Both the position numbers and the translations under genes were made by a program. Below, one piece after another: positions 52,172 to 61,576 of a DNA stretch of 64,000 bases (within the stretch, counting starts at the first letter, position 1; every line of letters begins with the position of its first letter). The stretch is taken from positions 19,959 through 83,958 of the forward strand of contig CACIBB010000005.1 in the NCBI GenBank assembly GCA_902584795.1, read 5' to 3'. The DNA comes from an uncultured Alphaproteobacteria bacterium. Its GTDB lineage: Bacteria > Pseudomonadota > Alphaproteobacteria > HIMB59. A model generated the notes under the pieces. That model did not search any database. It had not been told where the DNA came from and was given only the letters and a program-made list of their open reading frames with translations.

Positions 52172-53244
52172 TGGCTAAAATAATTTTAGATAATATTGCA
52201 CACACTTATGAGCCCAATGCAAGCAACCCAATATTTGCTTTGAAAGAAATGTCTCTTTCTTGGGCAGATGGTGGACGTTATGCACTGCTTGGTCCCTCAG
52301 GTTGTGGAAAGACAACAATGTTAAATATTATGAGTGGTTTAGTAAATCCTTCCCATGGAAAAGTATTTTTCGATGAAAGAGAAGTAACCTCAATGATTAC
52401 TGAAGAAAGAAACATCGCCCAAGTGTTTCAATTTCCAGTAATTTACGGAACAATGACAGTATTCGAAAATCTTGCTTTTCCTCTAAAATGTCGACAGTTT
52501 CCAGAGGATCAAATAGAAAGAAAAGTCAAAGAAGTTGCAGAAATACTGAATTTACAAGATTATTTGAACAATCGAGCAAAAGGATTAACAGCAGATCAAA
52601 AGCAATTAATTTCTCTCGGAAGAGGTTTAGTTCGGGAGGATGTAGCTGCTATATTAATGGATGAACCACTGACAGTTATTGATCCTGACTTAAAATTTCG
52701 TCTTAGAAGAAAATTAAAAGAAATAAATGATAAGTACAAGACAACATTGATATATGTAACTCATGATCAGAATGAGGCTATGACATTTGCAGATAATATT
52801 ATTGTCATGGATCAAGGTGAAGTTGTGCAGGCAGGATCACCAAAGGATCTTTTTGAAAGACCTCAAACAACATTCGTTGGTTATTTTATTGGTTCACCTG
52901 CAATGAATTTATATGAATGCTCCGCAAGTTCTAAAAACGAAATTAGTATAGGAGCTAATTCATTCAAAGTTCAAACAAATATTAATAATTCTAATTCGGA
53001 AAACCTAAAACTAGGAATCCGTTCTGAGTATATAACAGTTGAAAGTGAACATAGTGATAATTCATTAGAAGCAGACGTAATCGAAGTCGAAGATTTTGGA
53101 AATTATAAACTTGTTACAGCATCTTTTGACTCATTTAAAATAAAAGCAAAAGTTAAAAGAGAATTAGACATACCGTCAGAAAAAGTTATTCTAAAATTAC
53201 CAGCAGAACATTGCTGCATATATGAAGATAATAAACTCATTTAA
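52171..53244 (+). CDS. ABC ATP-binding protein, GlpT-like
   Basis: 'GPSGCGKTT', 'AQVFQFPVIY', degenerate signature 'LTADQKQ', 'DEPLTVIDP'. Confidence 0.88.
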   Translation: MAKIILDNIAHTYEPNASNPIFALKEMSLSWADGGRYALLGPSGCGKTTMLNIMSGLVNPSHGKVFFDEREVTSMITEERNIAQVFQFPVIYGTMTVFENLAFPLKCRQFPEDQIERKVKEVAEILNLQDYLNNRAKGLTADQKQLISLGRGLVREDVAAILMDEPLTVIDPDLKFRLRRKLKEINDKYKTTLIYVTHDQNEAMTFADNIIVMDQGEVVQAGSPKDLFERPQTTFVGYFIGSPAMNLYECSASSKNEISIGANSFKVQTNINNSNSENLKLGIRSEYITVESEHSDNSLEADVIEVEDFGNYKLVTASFDSFKIKAKVKRELDIPSEKVILKLPAEHCCIYEDNKLI

Positions 53245-54304
53245 AAAAACTTTTTTATTTACATTTTGTCTTTTATTATTTAGTGCAAATACGCATTCTA
53301 TAACTTTAGAGAAAACACCAGTATCGTTAAACAATCCTTGGGGTATGAGCTGGATTGATGATCAGTTATTGATCACACAAAAATCAGGTGAAATTTATCT
53401 TGTTAATACAAATGATTATACAAAAATAAAAATTGATCATAAAATTCCCTTTGTTCAACATGGACAAGGAGGACTTCTAGATATAGTAAGTGATAAAAAT
53501 ATTATATGGGTCTCTGGTTCCATTAAAAAAAATGGTAAATACACTACTGCCATTTATCGTGCTGAGTTTAAAAACAATATCCTCATAAATGAAAAACTTA
53601 TTTATGAAGCACTACCATACTTCAGTAATGGTAAGCATTTTGGTTCACGAATAGAAATTCTTGATGATTATCTTTATGTAAGTATCGGGGAAAGAGGCAA
53701 GGGTATGATTGCCCAAGACTTTTCAAACTCTATTGGAGCAATAATCAGAATTCACAAAAATGGCCAATTACCTGATAATAATCCTTTTATTTCAGGCAAT
53801 AACTGGTTACCTGAGTTATACCAAATTGGTGTTAGAAACCCTCAAGGGATGACATTGGATCCTCAAACAAATTCAATTTACATATCTAATCATGGACCTA
53901 AAGGAGGCGACTTCATAGGAAAAGTTGTAAGTGGATCTAATTATGGTTGGAAAAAAATAGGTTGGGGTGGAACCAATTACTCAGGTACTAAAATAGGTGA
54001 CGGTAATGCGTGGGAGCCTGGATTTATAAAACCTGATTATATTTGGGTGCCATCAATAGCAGTTAGTGGTATTAAGTTTTATAATGGAGATGCCTTTCCA
54101 GATTGGCAAAATTCACTCTTAGTATCTTCACTAAAATATAAATATCTTTCTGTTTTACACAGAAAAGATAATAAATTTGTTAAAGAGGAGATAATTTTTA
54201 AAGATAGAATTGGAAGAGTAAGAGATGTAGAGATAGACCAATTAGGCAATATATATGTTATTGCTGATGAGAGAGACTCAAATTTATTTGTTTTAAAACC
54301 CTAG
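53222..54304 (+). CDS. exported PQQ-dependent aldose dehydrogenase (soluble Gdh-B/YliI family)
   Basis: Signal peptide, 'GQGGLLD', 'HFGSR', 'GVRNPQG', 'HGPKGGD', 'NYGW', 'GRVRDV'. Confidence 0.88.
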   Translation: MKIINSFKKTFLFTFCLLLFSANTHSITLEKTPVSLNNPWGMSWIDDQLLITQKSGEIYLVNTNDYTKIKIDHKIPFVQHGQGGLLDIVSDKNIIWVSGSIKKNGKYTTAIYRAEFKNNILINEKLIYEALPYFSNGKHFGSRIEILDDYLYVSIGERGKGMIAQDFSNSIGAIIRIHKNGQLPDNNPFISGNNWLPELYQIGVRNPQGMTLDPQTNSIYISNHGPKGGDFIGKVVSGSNYGWKKIGWGGTNYSGTKIGDGNAWEPGFIKPDYIWVPSIAVSGIKFYNGDAFPDWQNSLLVSSLKYKYLSVLHRKDNKFVKEEIIFKDRIGRVRDVEIDQLGNIYVIADERDSNLFVLKP

Positions 54305-54306
54305 CT

Positions 54307-54627
54307 TTGATTTATGTTTATCTTGTGCGTAAAATATTATTATTAGCCTTTTTGTTTTTTAGTAACAACTTATCTGCTTATAACGAGGATGAAATTATTT
54401 GTATTGCAACATACGAGCTCGCAGTAGATTTTTTTAAACAAATGAAAGATGAAAAAACTTCCAACGAAATTTATTTAAGAAAGCAAAAAATATTAGATAA
54501 ATATGAGGAAGGGCATTTTCCATTAGAAGATATTGAATTTATGAGAATGGAAATACATTATGCTTGGTCAAACAATTTTGATTTTCTTCCACCTATTTTA
54601 GAAAATTGTATAAAGAATATAAATTAA
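54307..54627 (+). CDS. small exported hypothetical protein
   Basis: Signal-peptide-like N-terminus and two Cys; start uncertain. Confidence 0.55.
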   Translation: MIYVYLVRKILLLAFLFFSNNLSAYNEDEIICIATYELAVDFFKQMKDEKTSNEIYLRKQKILDKYEEGHFPLEDIEFMRMEIHYAWSNNFDFLPPILENCIKNIN

Positions 54628-54644
54628 TTATCAATAAGAATTAT

Positions 54645-55517
54645 ATGAACACTAAAAATATTTCAATAGCCCTAAAATGTAAAAATATTCTTGGAGAAAG
54701 TTGCTTCTGGGATTTTAGAAATAGTTCATTATTCTGGTCAGACATAGAAGGAAAAAAAATTTGGAAACTTGATAATAAAAATCAAAGTTTTAATTTTAAC
54801 CTGTCTGATAGAGCAGGTTTTATTTTACCTAGAAAAAATGAAGGATATGTAATTGGGTTTCCCAAATCTATTGTTATATCTAATAAAGACTTTTCATCAT
54901 TTGAAAAAATATGTGAAGTTGAAATAGGCATAAAAGGGACGCGTATTAATGATGCAAAAGTAGATCCATATGGCGGTATTGTATTTGGAACTTATAATGA
55001 GGACTCTGACAAAAAAAATAGAAAACCTATAGCAAATCTTTATAGACTGGCTCCAGATTTATCCTTAACCCATCTACTATCAGATATCACTGTTTCCAAT
55101 GGATTAGCTTTCTCTCAAAAGGACAATATTATGTATTTTGCAGACACCCCAACCGGCCGGATACAAAAATTTAGCTACAATCAAGATTTTAAAAAACTAA
55201 ATGAATTAGAGTCAAATATGATCTTCAAAGATGTTGGAGAACCAGATGGCGCCACTTTGGATATTGATGACAACTATTGGTCAGCAAGAGTTAGGGGAAA
55301 ATGTATTATATGTATTGATACAAAAAATGGCAAAATCATTGAAAAAATTGATCTCCCTACAAGGACACCTACTTGTGTAACATTTGGAAATTCTGATTTA
55401 TCATGTCTATATGTGACCTCTCTAAGAGCATATCCTATTAACGATAGTGCTGACGGAAATCTCTATAAAATTGAAACAGGGACTCAAGGATCAAAGCAAC
55501 TTTTGGCTGATTTTTGA
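54645..55517 (+). CDS. SMP-30/gluconolactonase family protein
   Basis: 'LGES', 'WSDI', 'RINDAKVDP', 'SNGLAFS', 'PDG', 'PTCVTFG', 'LYVTS'; probable ATG at 54645. Confidence 0.9.
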   Translation: MNTKNISIALKCKNILGESCFWDFRNSSLFWSDIEGKKIWKLDNKNQSFNFNLSDRAGFILPRKNEGYVIGFPKSIVISNKDFSSFEKICEVEIGIKGTRINDAKVDPYGGIVFGTYNEDSDKKNRKPIANLYRLAPDLSLTHLLSDITVSNGLAFSQKDNIMYFADTPTGRIQKFSYNQDFKKLNELESNMIFKDVGEPDGATLDIDDNYWSARVRGKCIICIDTKNGKIIEKIDLPTRTPTCVTFGNSDLSCLYVTSLRAYPINDSADGNLYKIETGTQGSKQLLADF

Positions 55518-55520
55518 TTT

Positions 55521-56483
55521 TTATAAATATTGTTTATTCACTAAATTTTCTACATTTAATTCGCTCATGTTCTTTAAGAAAAAAACAATATTTTGTGAAG
55601 CTTCTAAGGACATCCTTTCCCTACATTCTAATGTTAATGCTGCATTGTGAGGTGTCAGCAAAATATTATCTAACTTAAAAAAAGGATGACTAGACTCAGG
55701 TGGCTCAGATACAAACACATCCACTCCTGCACCTTGAATTTTTTTTGACTCTAAAGCTATACATAAGTCATTTTCGTTAACGATCCCACCTCTTGATGTA
55801 TTTACAAGAATGGAGTTTTTCTTCATCACATTTAACTCTTTTTGGGAGATAAAGTTCTTAGTGTCTCCATTTAATGGTAAATGGATAGTAATAAAATCAG
55901 CTATAGCTAAACCTTGGTTTTTCTCAATTGGTATACATTGATTTATAATTATTATATCATTATCTAAAAAAGGATCATATACATATACCTCCATATCAAA
56001 TCCGAGACATCTCTTAGCAACTTCTTTTCCTATTCTACCAAAACCAATAATAAGTACTTTCTTTTTATACAATTCAAAAAAATTTGGTAAGTTAGATCTT
56101 TTTTCAAAATTACCTTCTTTAACCAGTCTATCTGATAGGGATAAATTTTTTGTTAAATAAATAAAAAATGATAATACATGTTCAGCAACACTTACAGCGT
56201 TAGAAGTAGATGTAATACCAAGCGCAATTTTATTTTCATTGAGAAAATCAAGATCAACATTATCGTAACCAACTCCATGTCTTGATATGATTTTTAAATT
56301 GTCACAATGTTGTAAAATTTCTTTATCAAGTTTTGTAGTTCTTAATAAAATTCCATCAATATCTTTTAATTGTTCCTTTAAGTTTTGTATTTCAAAATTC
56401 TCAATTTCAATGACCTTGAATTCGTTTTCTTTCAAAAACGATAAGCCTTTTTGGTCAACTTTACCTAGTACAGCAACTTTCAT
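55521..56483 (-). CDS. D-2-hydroxyacid dehydrogenase family protein
   Basis: 'RHGVGYDNVD', 'GFGRIG', 'VNTSRGG', 'DVFVSEP', 'TPHNA'. Confidence 0.9.
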   Translation of the reverse strand: MKVAVLGKVDQKGLSFLKENEFKVIEIENFEIQNLKEQLKDIDGILLRTTKLDKEILQHCDNLKIISRHGVGYDNVDLDFLNENKIALGITSTSNAVSVAEHVLSFFIYLTKNLSLSDRLVKEGNFEKRSNLPNFFELYKKKVLIIGFGRIGKEVAKRCLGFDMEVYVYDPFLDNDIIIINQCIPIEKNQGLAIADFITIHLPLNGDTKNFISQKELNVMKKNSILVNTSRGGIVNENDLCIALESKKIQGAGVDVFVSEPPESSHPFFKLDNILLTPHNAALTLECRERMSLEASQNIVFFLKNMSELNVENLVNKQYL

Positions 56484-56597
56484 ATTTTCTCTTGATTCAA
56501 AGTTATGTCAAAAAAGTGACAATTTTAAAAGGTTTTTCATTCAAATTATCTTTCTATCGTGTAATATCATTTTACGGTTAAGTTTTTTGGAGGAATA

Positions 56598-58442
56598 ATG
56601 AAAACCATCAAATTGTCTTGTGCTCACGCACTGTTTAAATATTTAATTGCGCAAAAAACTATCATTGATGGTAAGAAAGCTCCACTATTCCCAGGAGCAT
56701 TTGCTATTTATGGCCATGGTAATGTTGCTTGTTTAGGCCAAGCAATGGAAGAGTTCCAGTCTGATCTTCCTGGTTTCAGAGGTCATCATGAACAAAGTAT
56801 GGCTTTGACTGGTATTGGATATGCTAGAGCCATGAGAAGAAAACAAATTTTTATTGCCACCTCATCAGTAGGTCCTGGGGCAACAAATATGGTTACAGCT
56901 GCAGCAGTAGCTCTGAGCAATCGACTTCCAATATTGTTATTACCAGGAGATACTTTTGCTAGTCGATTTCCTGATCCTGTTTTGCAACAAGTTGAAAATT
57001 TCAACTCACCTATTGAAACCGCAAATGATGCTTTTAAACCTGTTTCAAAGTATTTCGATAGAATTACAAGACCAGAACAAATTCTTGCTTCTCTTCCTCA
57101 AGCTATCCAAGTCATGCTTGATCCCTCTGACTGTGGACCAGCAACTATTGCAATGGCACAAGATGTTCAAGGAGAGTCATTTGATTACCCTGAAGTATTT
57201 TTCGAGGAAAAAGTACACGAGATAAGAAGAATTCATCCAGATCCAAGTCAGATCAATCAAGCAGTCGAAAAAATAAAAAACTCAAAACAACCTATTATTA
57301 TTTCAGGAGGAGGTGTTCTCTACTCTGAAGCAGAGCAAGAACTCTCAAAATTTGCAAAAAAACATAACATTCCTGTCACTTCAACGGTAATGGGTATTGG
57401 TTGTATGACTAAAGATGATCCGTATTATATTAGTGCGGTTGGTGCGTTAGGAGAAGGCTCATCAAATAGTTTATCTAAAGATACCGACTTAGCTTTAGCC
57501 ATAGGTACAAAGCTCGCAGATTTTACCACAGGCTCATGGGCAAATTTTGAAAATCCTAATTTCAAATTAGTTTCAGTAAATACAGCTCGATACGACACTA
57601 CAAAACATTTAGCAACCCCTGTTATAAGCGATGCTAAAGTAGGTCTTCAGAAAATATCTGAAGCTCTTGGTGATTGGAAAGCTCCTGATGACTGGTATAA
57701 AAGAGCAATTAAGGAAAAGAATGAATGGGATGCTTATGTTGAAAAACAAAGCGGACCTACCAATCAAGAGGAACCCTCCTATGCACACGCCGTAGGTGCA
57801 GTTTATAGAAATTCAGATCCAAGTGATATTGTAGTAACAGCAGCAGGAGGACTTGTAGGAGAGGTTGTACAAGTTTGGAAACCAAAGCAGCTGAATACCT
57901 TTGAAACTGAGTGGGGTTTTAGTTGTATGGGATATGAAATTTCAGGCGCACTAGGAATTAAAATGGCGAAACCCGATCAAGACGTGGTGGTATTTGTTGG
58001 TGATGGTTCTTACTTATTAAATAATACAGATATATATAGCTCAGTTATATACGATCAAAAGCTCATTATTATAGTATGTGATAATGGAGGGCACATGGTT
58101 ATTAATCGCCTTCAATTAGCTAAAGGAGGAAAAGAATACATTTGTAATCTTCGTGCTGCTAGAGCGACCAATCTTAAATTTGTAGATTTTGAAAATCACG
58201 CAAAAAGTATGGGAGCTAATGCAGAGACTGTAAGCTCAACTTCAGAGCTAGAAGCAGCATATAAAAGGGCCAAAGACTCAGATAAAACTTATGTTATTAC
58301 AATTAAAACTCATGGTTATGAATGGTTAGAGGGGACTGCATTTTGGGAAAGCCCAACATTACAAGATCCAATTACTGATGATAACAAAAATGCCCTTGAG
58401 GATTTTGAGTCTGGAAAGAACAAACAGCGTAAAGGTGTTTAA
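56598..58442 (+). CDS. iolD: 3D-(3,5/4)-trihydroxycyclohexane-1,2-dione acylhydrolase (TPP enzyme)
   Basis: 'AIYGHGNV', 'PDPVLQQVE', 'YFDRITRPEQ', 'GFSCMGYEI', 'GDGSY'. Confidence 0.9.
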   Translation: MKTIKLSCAHALFKYLIAQKTIIDGKKAPLFPGAFAIYGHGNVACLGQAMEEFQSDLPGFRGHHEQSMALTGIGYARAMRRKQIFIATSSVGPGATNMVTAAAVALSNRLPILLLPGDTFASRFPDPVLQQVENFNSPIETANDAFKPVSKYFDRITRPEQILASLPQAIQVMLDPSDCGPATIAMAQDVQGESFDYPEVFFEEKVHEIRRIHPDPSQINQAVEKIKNSKQPIIISGGGVLYSEAEQELSKFAKKHNIPVTSTVMGIGCMTKDDPYYISAVGALGEGSSNSLSKDTDLALAIGTKLADFTTGSWANFENPNFKLVSVNTARYDTTKHLATPVISDAKVGLQKISEALGDWKAPDDWYKRAIKEKNEWDAYVEKQSGPTNQEEPSYAHAVGAVYRNSDPSDIVVTAAGGLVGEVVQVWKPKQLNTFETEWGFSCMGYEISGALGIKMAKPDQDVVVFVGDGSYLLNNTDIYSSVIYDQKLIIIVCDNGGHMVINRLQLAKGGKEYICNLRAARATNLKFVDFENHAKSMGANAETVSSTSELEAAYKRAKDSDKTYVITIKTHGYEWLEGTAFWESPTLQDPITDDNKNALEDFESGKNKQRKGV

Positions 58443-58445
58443 TTT

Positions 58446-59180
58446 TTGACATCTAAAAAAAGAGTTGTCTTAATAACAGGCGCTGAGTCAGGTATCGGAA
58501 AAAGTACATCTAAAATTTTTTTAGATAACGGATACAAAGTTATTGGTACTTACCTTAAAAATAATAATAACAAAAATACTAAAGATATCGAATACCATCG
58601 CATTGATATTACTAAGAATAAGGATTGGGAAAATCTAGCTCTATATATAAAAAAAAAATATAAAAAAATTGATGTCTTAGTGAATAGCGCAGGTGTCAGA
58701 TTGAGTGGAAATTTAGAGACCACGTCTATGAGTGATTGGTCATACCATCTCAATAATAACGTAACAGGCACCTTTCTTGCTTGTAAGTATATTTTACCTT
58801 TTCTTAAAAAAGCTAAAAATTCTTCAATTATAAATGTTGCATCTATAAATAGTATTAGAGGAGCTAAAAATATGTTGGCATATGCGACCTCTAAAAGTGC
58901 AATAATATCTTTTACAGCCTCACTTGCTCTGGATTTAACAAAAAATAAAATAAGAGTAAACGCTGTCGCTCCAGGGGCTATTGAGACACCAATGTTGGCT
59001 TCCTTTAAAAAAGATTTATCACTAAAAGAGTATCAAAAAAGAATGAAAGAAAACCATCCCATAGGAAGGGTTGGCAAACCAAAAGAAGTGGCCAATGTAA
59101 TATATTTTTTAGCAAGTGAGAGTGCATCTTTTATGACAGGTTTGACTATACCTGTAGATGGTGGAAGGAGTATAAGGTAG
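58446..59180 (+). CDS. short-chain dehydrogenase/reductase
   Basis: 'TGAESGIG', 'NSAG', 'YATSK', 'VDGG'. Confidence 0.9.
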   Translation: MTSKKRVVLITGAESGIGKSTSKIFLDNGYKVIGTYLKNNNNKNTKDIEYHRIDITKNKDWENLALYIKKKYKKIDVLVNSAGVRLSGNLETTSMSDWSYHLNNNVTGTFLACKYILPFLKKAKNSSIINVASINSIRGAKNMLAYATSKSAIISFTASLALDLTKNKIRVNAVAPGAIETPMLASFKKDLSLKEYQKRMKENHPIGRVGKPKEVANVIYFLASESASFMTGLTIPVDGGRSIR

Positions 59181-59184
59181 ACTC

Positions 59185-60507
59185 TTATTTCAAGTATTTT
59201 TGAAATTCATAATAAGAATTTTTGGGTATTCTCTTAAAGTTTTGGAAATCAGTAAAAACTAAACCAAATCTTTTTGAGTAACCAAATGCCCACTCATAGT
59301 TATCAAGTAATGACCAAGCAAAATATCCTTTAACTGGTAATTTTTCATTCACGCAATTTAACACCTCTTTTAAGTGTATATTGAAAAATTCTATTCTATC
59401 TTGATCTTGAATACTATTTTCTAAAGATAATTTGTCATTATTAGCCATCCCATTTTCTGTAATATAGATTGGAATATTATTATCGTATTCTTTATTAATT
59501 CTTTTAATAAAGTAGCTCAATCCCTCAGGGTAAAATTCCCATCCCATATCTGTTTTTTTTAGCGTTCCACTATTAGACTCATAATTAACACCATCATCTG
59601 ATTTTTTATATTTGATTAAAGACCGGGTGTAATAATTCAATCCTATCCAATCAATTGGCAAAGATATTAATTCTAATTGTGTTTTATAATTTTCTGGGAG
59701 GTATTTTTCTAGGATGGATAAAGCTAATTCTGGATATTTACCTTTAAAGATAGCATCGGAAAACCATCTATTATGAATCTCATCAAATAGTTTTGTTGCT
59801 TGAATATTTTCTTCATTGTTATCTATAGATTGACCGAACTGATTATTCAAAATTATTCCGATTTGATGAGCATTACATGACCTTAATGCTTCAACAGATT
59901 GAGAGTGCGCAAATAAAATATTATGCATAGTTTTAGCAGCTGATTGGATATTTTTAATACCTGGCGCATGCTCTCCTAGATAATGACTTAACCAAGAAAC
60001 ACACCAAGGCTCATTAATGGTTGAAATTTTTTCAAATTGATCTCCAAATGTTTTTGATATGAAAAAAGAGAAATCTCCAAAATGCTTGCAGGTTTCCTGA
60101 TCCTCCCAACCTTTAATTTTTTGAAATCTTATGGGAAGATCCCAATGATAAATTGTTGGGAATGCCTCTAAATCACAATTATTTATTTCTTCTAATAATT
60201 GCTTGTAAAAATCCACACCCTTTACATTTACATCTTTGTTGTTGTCTGGAAATAATCTTGGCCAAGCAAATGAGAAACGATAGGTCTTAAAACCCGCGTC
60301 TTTTATAAGTTTAATATCCTCTTTGAAATATTCAATATGTTTACAAGCAAGCTTCCCATCAATGCCATTCAATTTTCTCTCAGCAAAATCGTCCCAAATT
60401 GATTTACCACAATTACCGTACATCGTTCCTTCAATCTGATAAGAGGAAGTAGCAACTCCAAATTTAAAATCTTTAGGAAAGTCTTGAAGAAAAGATAAGT
60501 TAATCAA
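59185..60507 (-). CDS. GH1 beta-glucosidase
   Basis: 'ATSSYQIEG', 'INEP' (acid/base), 'ITENG' (nucleophile), 'DNYEWAFG'. Confidence 0.94.
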   Translation of the reverse strand: MINLSFLQDFPKDFKFGVATSSYQIEGTMYGNCGKSIWDDFAERKLNGIDGKLACKHIEYFKEDIKLIKDAGFKTYRFSFAWPRLFPDNNKDVNVKGVDFYKQLLEEINNCDLEAFPTIYHWDLPIRFQKIKGWEDQETCKHFGDFSFFISKTFGDQFEKISTINEPWCVSWLSHYLGEHAPGIKNIQSAAKTMHNILFAHSQSVEALRSCNAHQIGIILNNQFGQSIDNNEENIQATKLFDEIHNRWFSDAIFKGKYPELALSILEKYLPENYKTQLELISLPIDWIGLNYYTRSLIKYKKSDDGVNYESNSGTLKKTDMGWEFYPEGLSYFIKRINKEYDNNIPIYITENGMANNDKLSLENSIQDQDRIEFFNIHLKEVLNCVNEKLPVKGYFAWSLLDNYEWAFGYSKRFGLVFTDFQNFKRIPKNSYYEFQKYLK

Positions 60508-61576
60508 TTCTAATTTTGTTACTAGAATTAAATAAATTAGTTTTGTTTAAATCAAATTTAATTTTAACATCATCACCAACCTTAATTTGGCTATCTCCTG
60601 ATGCCTCAACTACTATTGGGTCGCCCTCATTATCTAAATAAATAAAAGTGTTTGAACCTAATTTCTCCACAACAAAAGCTTTGCCTTGGAAATCACAATC
60701 TGGGTCATCGGTAATAATTATATCCTCGGGTCTAATACCAAAAATTATATCAGTATTTTCATTTGATTTAATTGTTTTTGAAATTGTAATCTTTGAACCC
60801 AAAACATTAATTTCAACTTTATTTTGATCTACTGATAAAATTTTAGCATTAACAAAGTTCATCTTTGGAGAGCCAATGAAACCTGCAACAAATAAATTAT
60901 TGGGATTATTATATAATTCTATTGGCTTACCTTGTTGGGAAATCTCACCTTGATCTAACACAACAATCTCATCAGATAAAGTCATTGCCTCAGTTTGGTC
61001 ATGAGTCACATAAACCATTGTTGCATCCAAGTGATCATGTAATTTTGCTAATTCAATTCTCATTTGAACTCTCAAAGCTGCATCTAAATTAGATAAAGGT
61101 TCATCAAATAAAAAGACCTTAGGTTTTCTAGTTATTGCTCTACCAATAGCAACTCTTTGTCTTTGACCTCCAGATAACTGTTTAGGCTTTCTCAGAAGAT
61201 AATCTTCAATTTGTAAAATTTTTGCAGCCTCATGCACTCTATCTTTAACTTCATCTTTAGGTCTTTTCTCTAACTTTAGCCCAAATGCCATATTATCAAA
61301 AACAGTCATATGAGGATAAAGAGCATAAGATTGAAAAACCATAGCAATATTTCTTTCTTTAGGAGGGAGGTTATTTACTTCTTCTCCACCAATTGATATT
61401 TTTCCCGAATTAGTTTCTTCTAACCCAGCTATCATTCTTAATAATGTCGACTTTCCACACCCAGAGGGCCCAACAAGTGTTGTAAACGACTGACTTTTAA
61501 TATTAAGTGAAAAATCCTTTATTACATGAGTTTTTCCAAAGAATTTATTAATTGAGCTGAGTTCTATATCTGCCAT
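60500..61576 (-). CDS. sugar ABC ATP-binding protein (AglK/MsmK-like)
   Basis: 'GPSGCGKST', 'LSGGQRQR', 'DEPLSNLD'. Confidence 0.94.
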   Translation of the reverse strand: MADIELSSINKFFGKTHVIKDFSLNIKSQSFTTLVGPSGCGKSTLLRMIAGLEETNSGKISIGGEEVNNLPPKERNIAMVFQSYALYPHMTVFDNMAFGLKLEKRPKDEVKDRVHEAAKILQIEDYLLRKPKQLSGGQRQRVAIGRAITRKPKVFLFDEPLSNLDAALRVQMRIELAKLHDHLDATMVYVTHDQTEAMTLSDEIVVLDQGEISQQGKPIELYNNPNNLFVAGFIGSPKMNFVNAKILSVDQNKVEINVLGSKITISKTIKSNENTDIIFGIRPEDIIITDDPDCDFQGKAFVVEKLGSNTFIYLDNEGDPIVVEASGDSQIKVGDDVKIKFDLNKTNLFNSSNKIRID

